In this document: one piece after another, positions 24,876 through 38,102 of the stretch
Numbering within the stretch: position 1 is the stretch's first letter
Layout of the letters: every line of letters begins with the position of its first letter
Assembly: GCA_030390025.1 (NCBI GenBank)
Contig: CM059431.1
Coordinates: forward strand, 146,446,001 to 146,510,000
Direction: 5' to 3'
DNA length: 64,000 nucleotides
From: Squalus acanthias
Lineage: Eukaryota
Translations under genes and position numbers: made by a program
The notes under the pieces: model-generated
What the model saw: the letters and a program-made list of their open reading frames with translations, nothing else
Told to the model about the DNA's origin: nothing
Database searches by the model: none

Positions 24876-25619
24876 ATGTTGATGGAGTTAGATGAAGGAG
24901 GTTGGGTGGAGGCTCATGAGGAGACTAAAAACACGGGCATGGACCTGTTGGGCTGAATGGCCTGTTCCCCTGCTGTAAATACTGTGTAATACAGCACAAA
25001 TATTCCCTCGTGCAGACTTCATCTACTTGAGCTACTTTTAAAGTGATTCCGGGCTTCAACTGTCCAAATGTTTACCGCCGGTTCGCTGCTGGCGTAGACC
25101 AATTTCACTCAACGATCTTCTGACGCGGAGATGAGAGTGCTGGAACTGAGTCAAAGATAGTCTGAACCGGGCATCTGTTGCTGTATTGTTGTGTGGGTTG
25201 TTTGGTATTATCCTACTTTTTTCATTCCAAGTTATGAAAGTTCTGATCCTCGGTTGTTGAATAAAATGATCACAAATCTTCAATGACCGACACTCAACAT
25301 TTTCTCAGTTTCCAAACCATCATTCTCCAAATAGTGTTCTAAATGCCATGAAAATATTCAATCCACTTTTATATTAATGGTAATTATAATCCAAGTTCAT
25401 CTCTCTTGATTGATCAAATCACATTCCAGGTGGAGTGGGTCTTTATCAATGCTTTGGTTGAAGGCTTGTGCGTGAGGAAGATTATTTAAGCTTTTGTGGC
25501 ACTGACACTTAACTTTTAAATTTCAGTAATATTGGGCACATACAGCTGGCGTAAGTGTTCTGTTGGGCCGCGGGGGCCGAGTGACTCAGGGATGGATTAT
25601 TAATCAATTGTGTGAAGTT

Positions 25620-26080
25620 CATGTGGATTTGAATTTCGCCCTAACTCGCATCAAGTCCCGTTCAACCATCGCGACTGTGCTCGCTGACCTACATTGGCTC
25701 CCGGATAAGCAATGCCAAGATATTAAAAATCTCATCCTTGATTTCAAATCCTTCCATGGCCTCGCCTCTCCCTATCGCTGTAATCTCGTCCAGTCCTTCA
25801 ACCCTCAGAGATTCTGCTCTCCTCTAATTCTGGCCTCTTGTGCATCACCGATTTTAATCACTCCAACATTGGTGGCTGTGCCTTGATTTTGAGAAAGCCC
25901 TATACTCCAGAATTCCCTCCCTAATCCTCTCCACCTCTCTCTCTCTGCTCTCTTTCCTTCTTGAAGACGCTCCTTAAAACAAGCTTTAGGTCATCTGCCC
26001 TAATATCTCCTTATGTGATGCACTTTGGGACATTTTAATCCGTTGCAGGCGCTATATCAATACTAGTTGTTGTTGTTAGA
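25620..26080 (+). mobile_element. L2 LINE 3' fragment
   Basis: VLADLHWLP...FKSFHGLASPY; tail ggcgctatat...(gtt)n. Confidence 0.8.
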
Positions 26081-26442
26081 CACATAGGAGGAGGCAATTC
26101 AGCCCCTCGAGCCTGTTCCGCCAATTAATTAGATCAGGCCTGATCTGTATCTTAACTCCACCCACCTGCCTACTTTCCATTATCATATTTGCCTTTTATT
26201 TTATTCTTGCTATATTCAAGTTTTAGACTGTGATTGTCCTCGTTTAAATTCTGCATCATTTCTCGATTATTGCCGAAACCCCATCGAGCTCTAGAATGGC
26301 TTTTCCTAGTTGCACTTCCAGTGTCCTGAAAGGTGTGAGTCTTCTAGAATGTGAGGTCACGGTTGCTGCCATTGTGACAACGATAGGAACATGGGAGAGG
26401 TGGGAATACGCAGTTAGAGGCTGCTGTCAAGGATCGGACACA

Positions 26443-26930
26443 GAATCATAGAGTCACACAGCACAGTAGGAGGCCATTGAGCCCACCTTGCCAGTGCTGG
26501 CTTTTTGAAAGTGCGATCCAATTATTCCCACTCACCTGCTCTTTCCCCATAGCCCTGCAAAGCTTTTCATTTTAACTTCCCTTTTTAAAGTTATTATTGA
26601 ATCTGCTTTCACCGCCCTCTCACGCAGTGCACGCTCTCTCACCCAGATCGTAACAACTCGCTGAGTAAAGAACAATCTCCCCACACCACCTCCCCCGCCA
26701 CGGCTTTTTTTTTACCAATGATCTGACATCAGTGTCCCCTTGTTACCGACCCTCTTGTCAGTGGAAACAGTTTCACCCTCTCTGCTCCATTACCCCGCAC
26801 CCCCCCCCCCCCCCTCCCACGATAATTTGGAACACCTCAATTAAATCTCCGCTTAACCTCTTCGCTCTAAGGAGAACAATCACAGCTTCGATAGTCTCTC
26901 CACATAACTGAATTCCCTCATCCCTGGACA
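26443..26930 (-). mobile_element. CR1 3' fragment
   Basis: RLSGDLIEVFQI on the minus strand; catagagtca-type tail at about 26447. Confidence 0.75.
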
Positions 26931-27226
26931 TGATGCAAAGCGACGAAGTTTGGAAAATATTGCCAGTTAGGAGCGGGAAAATCGAAAGGATCCAAAAAAT
27001 AAAATACATTCGCCAGTTTTGTGAATCTTTAGATCCGCTTTGGGAAAGGGAATCAGAGGAGAATGGAGGTCGAACTGCCCGATTGACCAGAGGCGGTCAA
27101 GACACCGTCCCTGCTTTAAGAGGCTGGGAATTTACTCTGATGTTATCGGTGACATTAAGTGATCTGAGCTTTTTAAAGGATTCTCGTTACTGCAGATCAG
27201 GAAATCAAACGCAACATCGGATTCGG

Positions 27227-27316
27227 GACATTCAGAGTAATTCGGAACAAACAAGGCACCGAAAGGCTGGAAGGGAGACCGCACCGGTTGCAGGAGAGCT
27301 GGTTCGCGGTGACATG
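27227..27316 (-). repeat. Right arm of a 90-bp inverted repeat
   Basis: Reverse complement of 24727-24816. Confidence 0.9.
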
Positions 27317-27491
27317 GGTGTGTCTGCACTGTGCGGGACCAGACAGTCTCTGTGTGTCTACAATCAATTTCCCATTCTTTAATTTGGAAATGTGAAACTG
27401 ATCGTGAGCATTTGCTATTCCGGTCGCAGAAATCTGAAACTTAACTCGCTGACACCCTGGTTTAGGGAATCTTGCTGCAACACGCCTTGTA

Positions 27492-27537
27492 GTCTGTGTA
27501 GCGCGTTCGGTTGGTGGTTCGAGCCCACCCAGGGACG
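27492..27537 (+). pseudogene. tRNA-Asn remnant with D-arm and anticodon-arm deletions
   Basis: TAGCGCGTTCGG fused to TTGGTGGTTCGAGCCCACCCAGGGACG, the intact tRNA-Asn 3' part. Confidence 0.8.
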
Positions 27538-28009
27538 AACATTTTAACTGTTGTTTCCCCCTTCATTATTCATTGCCGCACAGTTCCAGGTTGTCAATGT
27601 GTGCTTTGACTGCAGGAAAATATTCCGCAAACTTTGCTCTTATTCAGTAAATTCCCACCCAAATACTTTTATGCGTACTCATTTCAAATAAAATGATAAA
27701 AACATGTAAATGGATCATGTTCCTCCATCCAACCCATTAGATATATATTAAGTTATTGGGTTCAAAGAAACTGCTGGAAATTTTTTCTGTATCTACATAT
27801 ATAGAACTAGAACACGCCATCGCACCGTGTGAGGCTACATTGAATGTGTGGCTATTGAACAGCTGGTATTAGGGAAAACAATTCAGAACACGCTGGGCCA
27901 TATTAGTGATATATTACCTTCATTTAATAACTTATTTTTATTGATGTAAAGCGTTGTAAAACACTGCGGTCTGACAGCAGGCACATGCGAACATGATGCA
28001 ATATTTGTG

Positions 28010-28192
28010 TAGGCGTCATGCTCTGGAACTCCCTGCCTAAACCCCTCCACCTTTACCCCTCCCTCACCTCCTTTCAGACCTTCCTTAAAATCAAAATCTA
28101 TGAGCAGTCTTTTGGTCACCCCTCTTACTCGCTCCATCTTTGGGTTGGGTATCCATGTTTTTGATTACACCTCTCTAAAGCGCTTTGGGACA
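28010..28192 (+). mobile_element. L2 LINE 3' fragment
   Basis: ctctggaactccctgcctaaacccctccacc...aaagcgctttgggaca, homologous to 25900-26035. Confidence 0.65.
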
Positions 28193-28498
28193 TCCCCTAG
28201 AAGTGTATGTTTGTGGGTGTGAGTGGGGGTGGGAGGAATGCATTATGCAGTCTGGAATTGGTAAACCGACAGGTAAATGACCTGAAACGTATACGTGGTT
28301 TTAAACACCAGAGATAAATAGCTAGTGTCAATCAGCAGACAATGAAAGAGGAAATTTGACAATCTCATGCCCCCTTACTGCAATACATACACTTTAAAAA
28401 TACACAACACTCCCCTGGAGAGGACGGTATCGGTTAATACTGGTGAAAACTCAAATCACCATTGGACCTCGGAAACAACCTATAAACACGCGTAAATG

Positions 28499-30070
28499 TG
28501 CTGTGTTAATCCCTGGGTATTCCTGTCCAGCTGTGCTAGTCCCTGGGTATCTCTGTCCACCTGAGCTACTCCCTGGGTATCCCTGTCCAGCTGCGCCAGT
28601 CCCTGGGTATCCCTGTCCAGCTGTGCCATTCCCTGGGTATCCCTGTCCAGCTGTGCCATTCCCTGGGTATCCCTGTCCAGCTGCGCCAGTCCCTGGGTAT
28701 CCCTGTCCAGCTGCGCCAGTCCCTGGGTATCCCTGTCCAGCTGTGCCATTCCCTGGGTATCCCTGTCCAGCTGTGCCATTCCCTGGGTATCCCTGTCCAG
28801 CTGTGCCATTCCCTGGGTATCCCTGTCCAGCTGTGCCATTCCCTGGGTATCCCTGTCCAGCTGTGCCATTCCCTGGGTATCCCTGTTCAGCTGTGCTAGT
28901 CCCTGGGTATCCCTGTCCAGCTGTGCCATTCCCTGGGTATTCCTGTCCAGCTGTGCCTGTCCCTGGGTATCCCTGTCCAGCTGTGTCATTCCCTGGGTAT
29001 CCCTGTCCAGCTGTGCCATTCTCTGTGTATCCGCGTCCAGCTGTGCCAGTCCCTGTGTATCTCTGTCCAGCTATGCAAATCCCTGGGTATCCCTGTCCAG
29101 CTGTGCCATTCCCTGGATATCCCTGTCCAGCTGTGCCAGTCCCTGGGTATCCCTGTCCAGCTGTGCCATTCCCTGGGTATCCCTGTCCAGCTGTGCTTGT
29201 CACTGGGTATTCCTGTCCAGCTGAGCTGGTCCCTGGGTATCTCTGTCCAGCTCTGCTAGTCCCTGGGTATCTCTGTTCAGCTGTGCTTGTCACTGGGTAT
29301 TTCTGTCCAGCTATGCTAGTCCCTGGGTATCCCTGTCCTGCTGTGCTAGTCCCTGGGTATAACTGTCCAGCTATGCTGGTCTTTGGGTATCCCTGCCCAG
29401 CTGAGCTAGTCCCTGGTTATCTCGGTCCTGCTGTGCTGGTCCCTGGGTATCCCTGTCCATTTCTGCAAGTCCCTGAGTATCACTGTCCAGCTGTGCTTGT
29501 CTTTGGGTATCCCTGTCCAGTTGTGCTATTCGCTGGGTATCGCTGTCCAGCTGAGCTAGTCCCTGGTTATCTCTGTCCATCTGAGCTAGTCCCTGGGTAT
29601 CTCTGTCCATCTGTGCTAGTCCCTGGGTATCCCTGTCCAGCTGTGCTAGTCCCTGGGTATCTGTCCATCTGAACTAGTGCCTGGTTATCCCTGTCCAGCT
29701 GTGCTAGTGCCTGGGTATCCCTGTCCAGATGTGCTGTTGCCTGGGTATCACTGTCCAGCTGTGCTAGTCCCTGGGTATCTCTGTCCAGCTGTGCTAGTCC
29801 CTGGGTATCTCTGTCCGGCTGTGCCATTCCCTGGGTATCCCTGTCCATCTGAGCTAGTCCCTGGGTATATTTGTCCAGCTGTGCCATTCCCTGGGTATCC
29901 CTGTCCAGCTGTGCTGATGCCTGGGTATCTCTCTTCAGCTGTGCTAGTCCCTGTGTATCCCAGTCCATCTGAACTAGTCCCTCTGTATCCCTGTCCAGCT
30001 GAGTTAGTCCCTGGGTCTTTCTGTCCAGCTGTGCTTGGCCCGGGCGATCCCTGTCCAGTTGAGCTAGTCA
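28499..30070. repeat. 30-bp minisatellite, about 52 units
   Basis: Unit ccctgggtatccctgtccagctgtgc(c/t)a(g/t)t; homogeneous at left, diverged at right. Confidence 0.95.
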
Positions 30071-30342
30071 GAGCTGAAACATGTTGAATTAGTCCCTAAA
30101 TGTCCCAACGTGGAAACGTGATGTTGAGTATAATCGTTTATGACCGCGTCCAAACTAAACTCGCTGCAGTCACAGAATTAGAATGGCCATTTCCTGGAGG
30201 CGGAGAGCAGCTGGTTCCCGTCCAAATGGAACGTAAGGTGAGTGATCCGATTCAGAAGATTCAGGAAAGAACATTCGGGAGTTCCTCCGCGGGTTTAATG
30301 ACCTTTTAATCGATATTTTTCCCGTGTGATTTGTGTCGTTTT

Positions 30343-33300
30343 AGAGTCATAGAGTTACACAGCACAGAAAGAGGCCCTTCGTTCCATCGTGTCCGCGCCG
30401 GCCATCAAGCCCTGTCTATTCTAATCCCATTTTACATAAGAACATAAGAAATAGGAGCAGGAGTAGGCCAATTGGCCCCTCGAGCCTGCTCCGCCATTCA
30501 ATAAGATCATGGCTGATCTGATCCTAACCGCCAATCTACTATCACAGAACCATCTCCTGAACGTAGCAGAATTGGACACACGAAATAGGAGCAGGATCAG
30601 GCTACACGGCCCCTGGGCCCGCTGCGCTACCCACAGGGCAATGACCAATCCGAACATAGACTCATGTCCGAATTCCTGCCCGCTCCCCGTAACCCTTAAT
30701 TCCCTTTACTTCTAGGAAACTGTCTATTTCTGTTTTAAATTTATGTAATGATGTAGCTTCTACAGCTTTTTGGGGCAGCATATTCCATGGACCTACCACG
30801 CTCTGAGTGAGGTAGTTACTTCTCATCTCAGTTTTGAAAGAGCAGCCCCTTATTCTAAGACTATGCCCCCTAGTTCTAGTTTCACCCATCATCGTGAACA
30901 TCCTCCCCGCATCCACCCGATCCAACCCCTTCACAATCTTAAATGTTTCAATAAGATCGCCTCTCATTCTTCTGAACTCCAATGAGTAGAGTCCCAATCT
31001 ACCCAACCTCTCCTCATCTGTCCATCCCCTCATCCCCGGGATTAACCGAGTGAACCTTCTTTGTACTGCCTCGAGAGCAAGTATGTCTTTTCTTAAGTAT
31101 GGACACCAAAACTGTATGCCGTATTCCAGGTGCGGTCTCACCAATACCTTGTACAACTGAAGCAATAGCTCCCTATTTTTATATTCTATCCCCCTAGCAA
31201 TGAAAGCCAACATTCCATTGGCCTTCTTAATCACTTGCTGCACCTGCATACTAACCTTTTGAGTTTCGTGCACCAGGACCCCCAGATCCCTTTATACTTC
31301 AGTACTTTCCAATTTCTTGCCATTAAGATAATAACTTGCTCTACTATTTTTCCTGCCAAAGAGCATAACCTCACACTTTCCAGTATTGTAATCCATCTGC
31401 CAAATCTCTGCCCACTTACTTACCTGTCTATGTCCCCTTGCAGATTTTTTATGTCCTCCTCACTCACTACTTTCCCTCCCATCTTAGTATCATCTGCAAA
31501 CTTTGATACGTTACACTCGGTCCTCTCCTCCAAATCGTTAATATAGATTGTAAAGAGTTGGGGACCCAGCACTGACCCCTGCGGAACACCACTCGTTACT
31601 GATTGCCAGTCTGAGAATGAACCATTTATTCCAACTCTCTGCCTTCTGTTAGATAGCCAATCCTCTATCCATGCCAGAATATTACCCCCAATCCCGTGAT
31701 TTTTTCTCTTAAGCAATAATCTTTTGTGTGGCACCTTGTCAAATGCCTTTTGGAAGTCTAAATATACCACATCCACTGGTTCCCCTTTATCCACCCTGTA
31801 TGTTACTTCCTCAAAGAACTCCAGCAAATTTGTCAAACATGACTTCCCCTTCATAAAACCATGCTGACTTTGTCCTATTAAATTATGATTATCCAAATAT
31901 CCCGTTACTGTCTCCTTAATAATGGACACCAAAATTTTACCTACCACAGATGTTAGGCTAACCGGTCTATAGTTTCCAGCCTTCTGTCTACTGCCCTTTT
32001 TAAATAAGGGTGTTACATTAGCAGTTTTCCAGTCTGCCGGGATCTTTGCTGAGTCCAGGGAGTTTTGGAAAATTATTACCAATGCATTCACAATCCCTAC
32101 CGCCACTTCCCTCAAGACCCTAGGATGTAAGCCATCAGGTCCAGGTGATTTATCTGCCTTGAGTCCCATTATTTTACCGAGTACCACTTCCTTAGTGATT
32201 TTGATCGTGTTTAGCTCCTCCCCCCCATAGCCCCCTGTTTGTCCAGTGTTGGGATATTCGTAGTGTTCTCTACCGTAAAGACTGAAACAAAATATTCATT
32301 CAGTGTATTTTCCATCTCCATATTTCCCACCATTAATTTCCCGGTCTCATCCTCTAAGGGACCAACATTTACTTTAGCCACCCTTTTTCTTTTTATATAA
32401 GTATATAAACTCTTACTACCTGTTTTTATATTTTTTGCTAATTTACTTTCATAATCTATCTTCCCTTTCTTAATCAATCTTTTTGTTATTTTTTGCTGTC
32501 TTTTAAAGTTTTCCCAATCCTCTATCCTCCCACTAGATTTGGCTACCTTATAAACCCTTGTTTTTAGTCGAATACTATCCTTAGTTTCTTTACTTAGCCA
32601 CGGATGACCGTCTTTTCTTTTACACCCTTTTCTTCTCAGTGGAATATATATTTTTTGGAAGTTGTAAAATAACTCCTTAAATGTACACCACTGATCATGT
32701 ATCGTCTTACCCTTTAATCTATTTTCCCAATCCACTCTACTCAATTCCGCTCGCATACCTTCATAGTCTCCTTTATTCAAGCTTAGCACGCTTGTTTGAG
32801 ATCCAACCTTCTCACCCTCTAATTGAATATGGAATTCAACCATGTTATGGTCACTAATTCCAAGGGGATCCTTTACTAGGACATTTTTAATTAATCCTGT
32901 CTCATTACACAGGACCAGATCTAAGGTTGCTTGCCCCCTGGTCGGGTCAGTTACATACTGCTCAAGAAACCCATCCCTAATACACTCAATGAACTCATCC
33001 TCAAGGCAGCCCTGCCCAATTTGATTTGTCCAATTAATATGATAGTTAAAATCCACCATAATTATAGATGTTCCCTTATTACAAGCCTCAACTATTTCCT
33101 GATTGATACTCCGTCCAACAGAGTTGCAACTGTTCAGAGGCGTATAGACTACGCCCACTAGTGTTTTTCCCCCCTTATTATTCCTTATCTCCACCCAAAC
33201 TGTTTAATTATTCTGATCTTTTGACCCAATATCATTTCTCTGTATTACAGTGATTCCTTCCTTTATTAACATAGCCATCCCACCTCCCCTTCCTTCCTGT

Positions 33301-35198
33301 CTGTTCTTCCTGATCGTTAAATAACCTGGTATGTTTAATTCCCAGGCATTGTCACCCTGCAGCCATGTTTCTGTAATGGCCACATGATCATACCCATATG
33401 TAGTTATTTGTGCAATTAACTCGTCTGTTTTGTTACGAATGCTACGTGCATTCAGATAGAGAACTTTCAAGTATGTTTTGTGACACTTAGTTCTTGCTTT
33501 TACCCTTTTTATTACTTTACCTTTTACTCCATGCATTCTGCCCCTTCCTGCACTTGGTACATAGCCTTGTAAGCTATGGCGTTTCAAGTGCTCATCTAAA
33601 TGCTTCTTGAATTTTGTGAGGGTTCCTGCCTCTACCACCCTTTCAGGCAGTGAGTTCCAGATTCCAGCCACCCTCTGGGTGAAAAAGTTTTTCCTCAAAT
33701 CCCCTCTAAACCTCGCCCCTTACCTTGAAACTATGCCCCCTGGTTATTAACCCGTCTACTAAGGGGAAAAGTTCCTTTCTATCTACCCTATCCATGCCCC
33801 TCATAATTTTGTGCACCTCAACCAGGTCCTCCCTCAGACTTCTCTGCTCTAAGGAAAACAACCCCAGCCTGTCCAGTCTCTCTTCATAGCTGAAGCGCTG
33901 CAGCCCAGGGAACATCCTGGTGAATCTCCTCTGCACACTCTCCAATGCAATCACATCCTTCCTATAGTGTGGCGACCAGAACTGCACACAGTATTCCAGC
34001 TGTGGCCTAACTAACGTTTTGTACAGCTCCAGCATAACCTCCCTGCTCTTTGATTCTATGCCTCGGCTAATGAAGGCAAGTATCCCATATGCCTTTTTAG
34101 CCACCTTATCTACATGTCCTGCTGCCTTCAGGGATCTATGTACATGCACACCAAGGTCCCTCTGATCCTCTGTCTTTCCTAGGGTCCTACCATTCATTGT
34201 GTATTCCCTTGCTTTTTTAGTCCTCCCAAAATGCATCAACTCACACTTTTCAGGTTTAAATTCAATTTGCCACTGCTCTGGCCATCTAAATAACCCGTCT
34301 ATATCGTCCTGTAGCCTGAGGCTTCCCTCCTCGCTATTTACCACTCCACCAATTTTCGTGTCATCTGCGAACTTACTGATCATACCTCCTACATTCATAT
34401 CTAAATCTTTAATGTAAACTACAAACAGCAAAGGACCCAGTTCCGATCCCTGCGATACACCACTGGACACAGGCTTCCAGTCACAAAAACAACCTTCGAC
34501 CATCACCCTCTGCCTCCTGCCACTAAGCCAATTTTGGATCCAATGTGCCAAGTTGCCTTGGATCCCATGTGCTCTTACCTTCTTGACCAGTCTCCCATGC
34601 GGGGCTTTTTTCAAAAGCCTTACTGATGTCCATGTAGACCACATCAACTGCACTACCCTCATCCACACACCTAGTCACCCCTTCAAAAAATTCAATCAAA
34701 TTGGTCAGACATGATTTCCCCCTGACAAAGCCATGCTGACTATCCTTGATTAATCCTTGCCTCTCCAAATGGAGAGTAATTCTGTCCCTCAGAACTTTTT
34801 CCAATAATTTCCCTACCACTGATGTTAGGCTCACTGGCGTATAATTCCCTGGTTTATCCCTACTACTTCTTGAATAATGCTACTATGTCAGCTGTTCTCC
34901 AGTCCTCTGGCACCTCCCCTGTGGCCAGAGAGATTCTTAAAATTTGTGTCAGAGCCCCTGCAATCTCCCCCCTTGCCTCACACTGCAGCCTGGGATACAT
35001 CTCGTCTGGGCCTGGGGATTTATCCACTTTTAAGCCCGCTAAAACCGCTAGTATCTCCTCCCTCTCAATACTAATTTGTTCAAGTATATCACAATCCCCC
35101 CGCCTGATTTCTATGCCTACATCGTCCTTCTCCATAGTGAACACAGATGCAAAATATTCATTTAAAACCCCGTCTACATCTTCTGGCTCTACACACAG
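30343..35198 (-). mobile_element. 5'-truncated CR1 (family A) whose 3' UTR is split by a nested CR1; own sequence 30343-30432 and 33550-35198
   Basis: RT motifs in ORFs 34863..35204, 34523..34834 and 33706..34668 (FADDTKIG); UTR ctaatcccatttt continues as cctgcacttgg after the insert. Confidence 0.85.
30433..33550 (-). mobile_element. CR1 family B, nearly complete ORF2 (APE plus RT), frameshifted, nested in family A
   Basis: ORFs 33204..33698 (part), 32211..33194, 31420..32187, 30662..31273; (acataaga)n tail at 30433. Confidence 0.92.
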
Positions 35199-35451
35199 AA
35201 TCAACTTTGGACGGTGAAATGTGTGTTAAAAACAGTCAGCATTTCACCCTCTTCCTCAACACTGTCTCTGACCTGAGGTCAAAAGCTAGAAGTTTACGTA
35301 GTGCAGCGGATATCACCTTCGCCTCACATGGGAAAGGTCCCTGGTCACTGGGAAACATTTCCTTCAGTGTGCAACAGAAACCTGTGGTTTATTCACAGTG
35401 ATTGAAGCAATTATCATTCGTCTGACGGATTAACTGTTTTGTAAAAATTAA

Positions 35452-35523
35452 TTCACTCTTGGGGAGTCAAATTGAGGTCGCCGCGATGAGCGCGCCACAT
35501 CCTAAACACTGGACCACCAGGGG
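35452..35523 (-). pseudogene. tRNA-Glu(CTC) pseudogene
   Basis: CCCCTGGTGGTCCAGTGTTTAGGATGTGGCGCGCTCATCGCGGCG aligns to tRNA-Glu(CTC); T arm and 3' acceptor degraded. Confidence 0.75.
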
Positions 35524-35527
35524 GCGC
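35514..35527 (+). promoter_or_regulatory. Consensus CTCF core motif
   Basis: CCACCAGGGGGCGC matches CCASYAGRKGGCRS exactly. Confidence 0.55.
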
Positions 35528-36315
35528 TGGCTTCAAATATTGCAACCGTTGTAAATATAATTGGGCTTTTCCCTGTTAAATATAGACATGTTTCTGCTTT
35601 CTTGTGTTGGATGTCCTGTAAATGGATTCCACGGTTCTGCTACTGACAAATCTGTTTACATGGATCTGTAATATTGATTCATTTATTCAGGTTAATCTGA
35701 CTTTAGTCAAACAGAATTTTCCGGTTATTTATTTCTATCTTACTTTTCAATTACACGTAAACACATATATACAGAACACAGATACACACAAATACATTGA
35801 TAAAGAACACACAGATACACAGACATTTAATCATCACTAGCGCACTGATACACCCAAAATCCATTTAGAGGATTACAGTCTCAATCACAGATCTTTATAG
35901 ATTTATATCCTGATGTATATTGTACCAGAAAAAACTGACACACATACAAGCATCTCTCTCATCACACAAACACACACTTTATATATAAACATGACACTCA
36001 AAAACAGACACTCACAATTTATATTGTCACACGGCCATGTTTGCTCTTCCAGGAAAATTCTACACACCTAAACTTTCCTTGTTTTACACAAGCTGTCCGT
36101 CCTGTTGTGTATTTTGGTGCAGTTTCCTGCTTCCAGAGTGGGGATTCTGAGGGATGATTCTGGGGCTCGGTGAGTGTAATTGGATTTGCTGCAGTCCGCT
36201 GGCAACATGCGATGAAAGCGGGCGTGAAATTTCCGCTTGCAGCTGAACGCTGCACGGTAAATGTGCTTTAGCTTACTCCAATGTGTTTGTCTGTTGTTCA
36301 CATGTCACTGGAAAT

Positions 36316-36770
36316 TCATAGAATCATAGAATAGTTCAGCACAGAAGGAGACCATTCGGCCGATCGAGTCTGTGCCACCTCTGTCACAGAGTAATCCAAT
36401 TAGTACCACTCCCTGCTCTTTCCCCATATCCTTGCAATTCTTTCTCCTTCAATTTTTATCCAATTCCCTTTTGAAGGCTGCTATTGAATCTGTATCCACC
36501 ACCCTATCAGGCAGTGCATTCCAAATCCTCACCATTCGTTGAGTAAACTGTTTTTCCTCATGTCGCCTCTGGTTCTTGTGCCAATTACCTTAATCTGTGC
36601 CCTCTGTTAATCGACCCTTCAACTATTGGAAACAGTTCCTCTTTATTCACTCTATCGAAACACTTCATGATTTTACACCCTCTATCAAATCTCCTCTTAG
36701 CCTCCTCTGCTCTAAGGAGAACTATCCCAGCTTCCCTAGTCTATCCCTGTCACTGTAATCCCTCATCCAT
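36316..36770 (-). mobile_element. CR1 3' fragment
   Basis: (tcatagaa)n tail, UTR and ORF2 end. Confidence 0.8.
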
Positions 36771-37882
36771 GAAATAATTTTATTTCCTTTCGATTGAAGA
36801 CAGGAAAAGCCAGGACATGCCACGAGATAGGAATCCTATTTCAGTCATGGAAAGACATCTAAAATCACGTAGTGTAAATTAAAAATCATGGTTACAATGT
36901 CTTTCGGTGTAAAAGGAGCGGATTGAAAATAACAATAAACTGCCAGGCAGCGCCCGCGGTGACACAAATTCGAACTCCTGATGAAATTGGTGCTGTGAAG
37001 TAGGCACTAAGCTAAAGCTTACCCCGATCAAAGGCAAATAAAATACTAAATATAAAGGATGAGCTTACAATATCAGGTGCTTAAATTACTTCTATAAATT
37101 TGAAAATGAGGACCATGTGTTTTGTGTTCACGAGTGACTTCATTTCCCCTGTTTGACCGGCAGGTTTGCAATTCACTTTGCATTCTATACTGAAGAGAAT
37201 CTCATTTCAAGATGAGGGCAGAACCTACCACGTTAAAAGCCACCGACTTGTATAATGGAAAATAGAGTTTGTTCCAACACCTGTGCTACCTGAGCCTTTC
37301 AATGCTTTCAACGGGTAATGATTGATGATGCTTGTAATTCACATCCTGTGAAGAATGGGAGAGGAGAATGGAACATGGTGCATGAACATCAGAGAATGTG
37401 CTGAATGGGAGCAGAGAAATACTCCCACCTCACTGAAATATGTCGACCAGTATTCTAAATAAGGCGCGTGTCTACAATGAACGAGTGAATACATTCGTTG
37501 CCCAGTTTTAATCTAAATGGCACTGAGGTTCCAACAGAAAGGTTTCCTGGAAAAGATCTGCTGCAGTTTTAGGATTGGTGAACTTGTTTGATAACTTTAA
37601 AACAGTGGCGATTGTTGAGTTCGACTAGTGGAGCTTAGAAATGTTTTATAATTATCAGGAGAGATGATTGCGGCTCGGTGAATCAGCTTTCACTTTCTGA
37701 AATGTATTTTTTCTTCGTTCACAGGTCAGTGCAAATTATTTTTTGCCTTCCGACTAAAGACGCGAAAAGCCGAGACATTTATTGTTTTCAACACGGCGGC
37801 TGAATTGGCCGGTATGCCACGTGACAAGAGTCGTTTCTGAATCATTTCAAGTTGGCTTCCAAAAATCACCGAGTGCTAATAT

Positions 37883-38020
37883 ATTTTTTATACATTCCTG
37901 GGATGTGGGCGTCGCTGGCAAGGTCAGCATTTGTTGCCAATCCCGAACTGCCCTTGAGAAGGTGGTAGTGAGCCGCCTTCTTGAACCGCTGCATCGGTGT
38001 GGTGAAGATTCTCCCACAGT
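37883..38020 (-). mobile_element. 3' end of the second LINE family
   Basis: Reverse complement of 13370-13499. Confidence 0.75.
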
Positions 38021-38066
38021 AATCATGGTTACAGTTTGGTCAGTGTAAAAGGAGTAGATTGAAAAA

Positions 38067-38102
38067 ATCAGAAGGCTGCGTGCGCAAATCGTGTCTGGGT
38101 CA
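38067..38102 (+). pseudogene. tRNA-Trp 3' half remnant with duplicated flank
   Basis: ATCAGAAGGCTGCGTGCGCAAATCGTGTCTGGGTCA; downstream flank homologous to that of the 20906 gene. Confidence 0.65.

Noticed and set aside
28443..30087. 409-aa Pro/Cys-rich ORF (PGYPCPAVPF)n and antisense repeat ORFs
   Set aside because: A 30-bp unit keeps several frames open on both strands; no ATG start, signal peptide or codon-position bias, and a frameshift near 29660
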